Origin: Actinomycetota bacterium
Lineage (GTDB): Bacteria; Actinomycetota; Acidimicrobiia; Acidimicrobiales; CADCSY01
Reading direction: 5' to 3'
Length of the DNA stretch: 64,000 bases
Assembly: GCA_004366205.1 (NCBI GenBank)
Contig: SIRW01000009.1
Span: 4,997 to 68,996, forward strand
Made by a program: the position numbers and the translations under genes
Shown here: in pieces, positions 63,069 to 64,000 of the stretch
How the letters are laid out: each line of letters starts with the position of its first letter
How positions within the stretch are numbered: the first letter of the stretch is position 1
The notes under the pieces: generated by a model
Database searches by the model: none
What the model saw: the letters and a program-made list of their open reading frames with translations, nothing else
Told to the model about the DNA's origin: nothing

Positions 63069-63191
63069 GGTCGTTCTGGGTGGCGCTGGTTTCGCGTGGG
63101 TGCAACATGGCCCACCCAGAACCGGTGCTGGGTCGTTCTGGGTGGCGCTGGTTTCGCGTGGGTGCAACCTGCGGCACCCAGAACCGGTGCT
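63069..63191. repeat. Hairpin repeat family 1: tandem copies A and B (62-nt period)
   Basis: GTTCTGGGTGG-N28-CCACCCAGAAC at 63073-63122 and again at 63135-63184. The copies differ at 4 clustered loop positions. The pair lies between convergent genes. Confidence 0.75.
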
Positions 63192-63199
63192 CCAAGAGC

Positions 63200-64000
63200 T
63201 CAGGGTTGGCGGGACCAGGTCCAGGGGTAGTCGGGGTCGGCGACGTCGCCGGCGGCCGGGCCGAGGAGGAGGGGGCGGAACGTGTCGATCATCACCGCCA
63301 CCTCCTCGGTGTGGGTCGCATCGGCGGCGCGCTCGACGCTGCCGGGCTGCGGGCCGTGGACGAACCCACCGGGGTGCAGCGAGAGCGACCCCACCCCGAT
63401 GCCGGCGCCGGCCCGGCTCATGAAGTCGCCGTCGGAGTAGAAGATCACCTCGTCGCTGTCGACGTTGGAGTGGTGGTACGGCACCTTGACGGCGTCGGGG
63501 TGGAAGTCGTAGGGCCGGGGCACGAACGAGCACACCACGAACCCCGGGCCCTCGAAGGTCTGGTGCACGTGGGGCGGCTGGTGGATGCGCCCGACCAGCG
63601 GCTCGAAGTCGTGGATCGACAGCGCCCACGGCCACAGGTGCCCGTCCCAGGCCACCACGTCGAACGGCGAGGCCGGCAGCGTGTAGCGGGTCATGCCGCC
63701 GCGGTGGCGCACGAGCACGTCGACCTCGCCGCTGGCGTCGACGACGAAGGGCCCGTCGGGGCCGCGCAGGTCGCGCTCGCAGTACGGGGCGGTCTCTAGG
63801 AACTGGCCGGTCTGTGACAGGTACCGCTGCGGCGGGCGGACGTGGCCCGACGCCTCCACGACGAGGAGGTCGAGGCGACCGCCGTCGGGCACCACCCAGC
63901 GATGCGTCGTGCCGGTCGGGACCACGACGTAGTCGCCGGGACCCACGGGGAGGGTGCCGAACACCGACTCTAGGGCTTCCGGGCCGGGGGTCGAGGTGAC
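63200..64000 (-). CDS. Homogentisate 1,2-dioxygenase-like cupin protein, C-terminal part; 5' end lies outside the window
   Basis: The frame stays open to base 64000. VPYHHSNVDSDEVIFYSDGDFMSR...SLSLHPGGFVHGPQPG resembles the HGD C-terminal core. Confidence 0.7.
   Translation of the reverse strand, partial: VTSTPGPEALESVFGTLPVGPGDYVVVPTGTTHRWVVPDGGRLDLLVVEASGHVRPPQRYLSQTGQFLETAPYCERDLRGPDGPFVVDASGEVDVLVRHRGGMTRYTLPASPFDVVAWDGHLWPWALSIHDFEPLVGRIHQPPHVHQTFEGPGFVVCSFVPRPYDFHPDAVKVPYHHSNVDSDEVIFYSDGDFMSRAGAGIGVGSLSLHPGGFVHGPQPGSVERAADATHTEEVAVMIDTFRPLLLGPAAGDVADPDYPWTWSRQP

Noticed and set aside
63069-63191. The tandem 62-nt repeat as a CRISPR array
   Set aside because: There are only two units, directly abutting with no unique spacers, and no cas genes in the window. 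Each unit is a self-complementary hairpin with a long loop.
1-64000. tRNA, rRNA, tmRNA or riboswitch genes
   Set aside because: I saw no T-loop (GGTTCGAAT-like) plus acceptor-stem context, no rRNA-like long non-coding stretch, and no spacer long or conserved-looking enough for a recognisable riboswitch. A covariance-model scan (tRNAscan-SE, Infernal/Rfam) would be needed to exclude small RNAs.

Overview
Very high-GC (about 70% or more) chromosomal segment. The gene content, frequent GTG/TTG starts and 1-4 nt start/stop overlaps look actinobacterial, but no finer taxonomic call is possible from sequence alone. I support about 55 protein-coding genes and found no rRNA, tRNA or CRISPR array. All product calls rest on motifs read by eye in the ORF track, since no database search was possible. 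Many start codons are my own choices inside longer track ORFs and may be off by a few codons.

Content, in order:
- 3' end of class II ribonucleotide reductase.
- TetR plus an FtsX/FtsX/ATPase ABC operon.
- CinA-like, DUF983 and truncated haemoglobin genes.
- A two-domain acyl-CoA dehydrogenase.
- Three c-di-GMP turnover proteins, spread across the window.
- An orphan class I-type HMG-CoA reductase next to a CBS/cystathionine gamma-lyase pair.
- Amidase.
- A truncated VOC gene abutting a DUF222-HNH (REP13E12-like) gene.
- A HelZ-like SNF2 helicase.
- A MerR-controlled monooxygenase/SDR/hydrolase operon.
- HrpB and a WS/DGAT.
- A lipid/terpenoid-type catabolic stretch: carotenoid cleavage oxygenase, DUF35 plus thiolase, FadD, EthD, esterase, P450, LLM oxidoreductase, SDRs and ACADs.
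- CspA.
- The 3' part of a homogentisate dioxygenase-like gene.

Most worth a second look:
- A co-directional minus-strand trio at 53825-59591: a fused MFS/spermidine-synthase, a cNMP-binding-like domain joined through a TM helix to a PDZ-less Lon/S16 protease, and a 513-aa protein I cannot assign.
- Two families of long intergenic hairpin repeats: one dispersed (39642, 63073, 63135), one tandem (61043, 61115). The tandem pair differs only by changes that keep pairing as G-U on the plus strand.
- Mobile-element scars: an ISL3 transposase relic and the VOC gene truncated at the HNH-gene boundary.
- Several probable leaderless transcripts.
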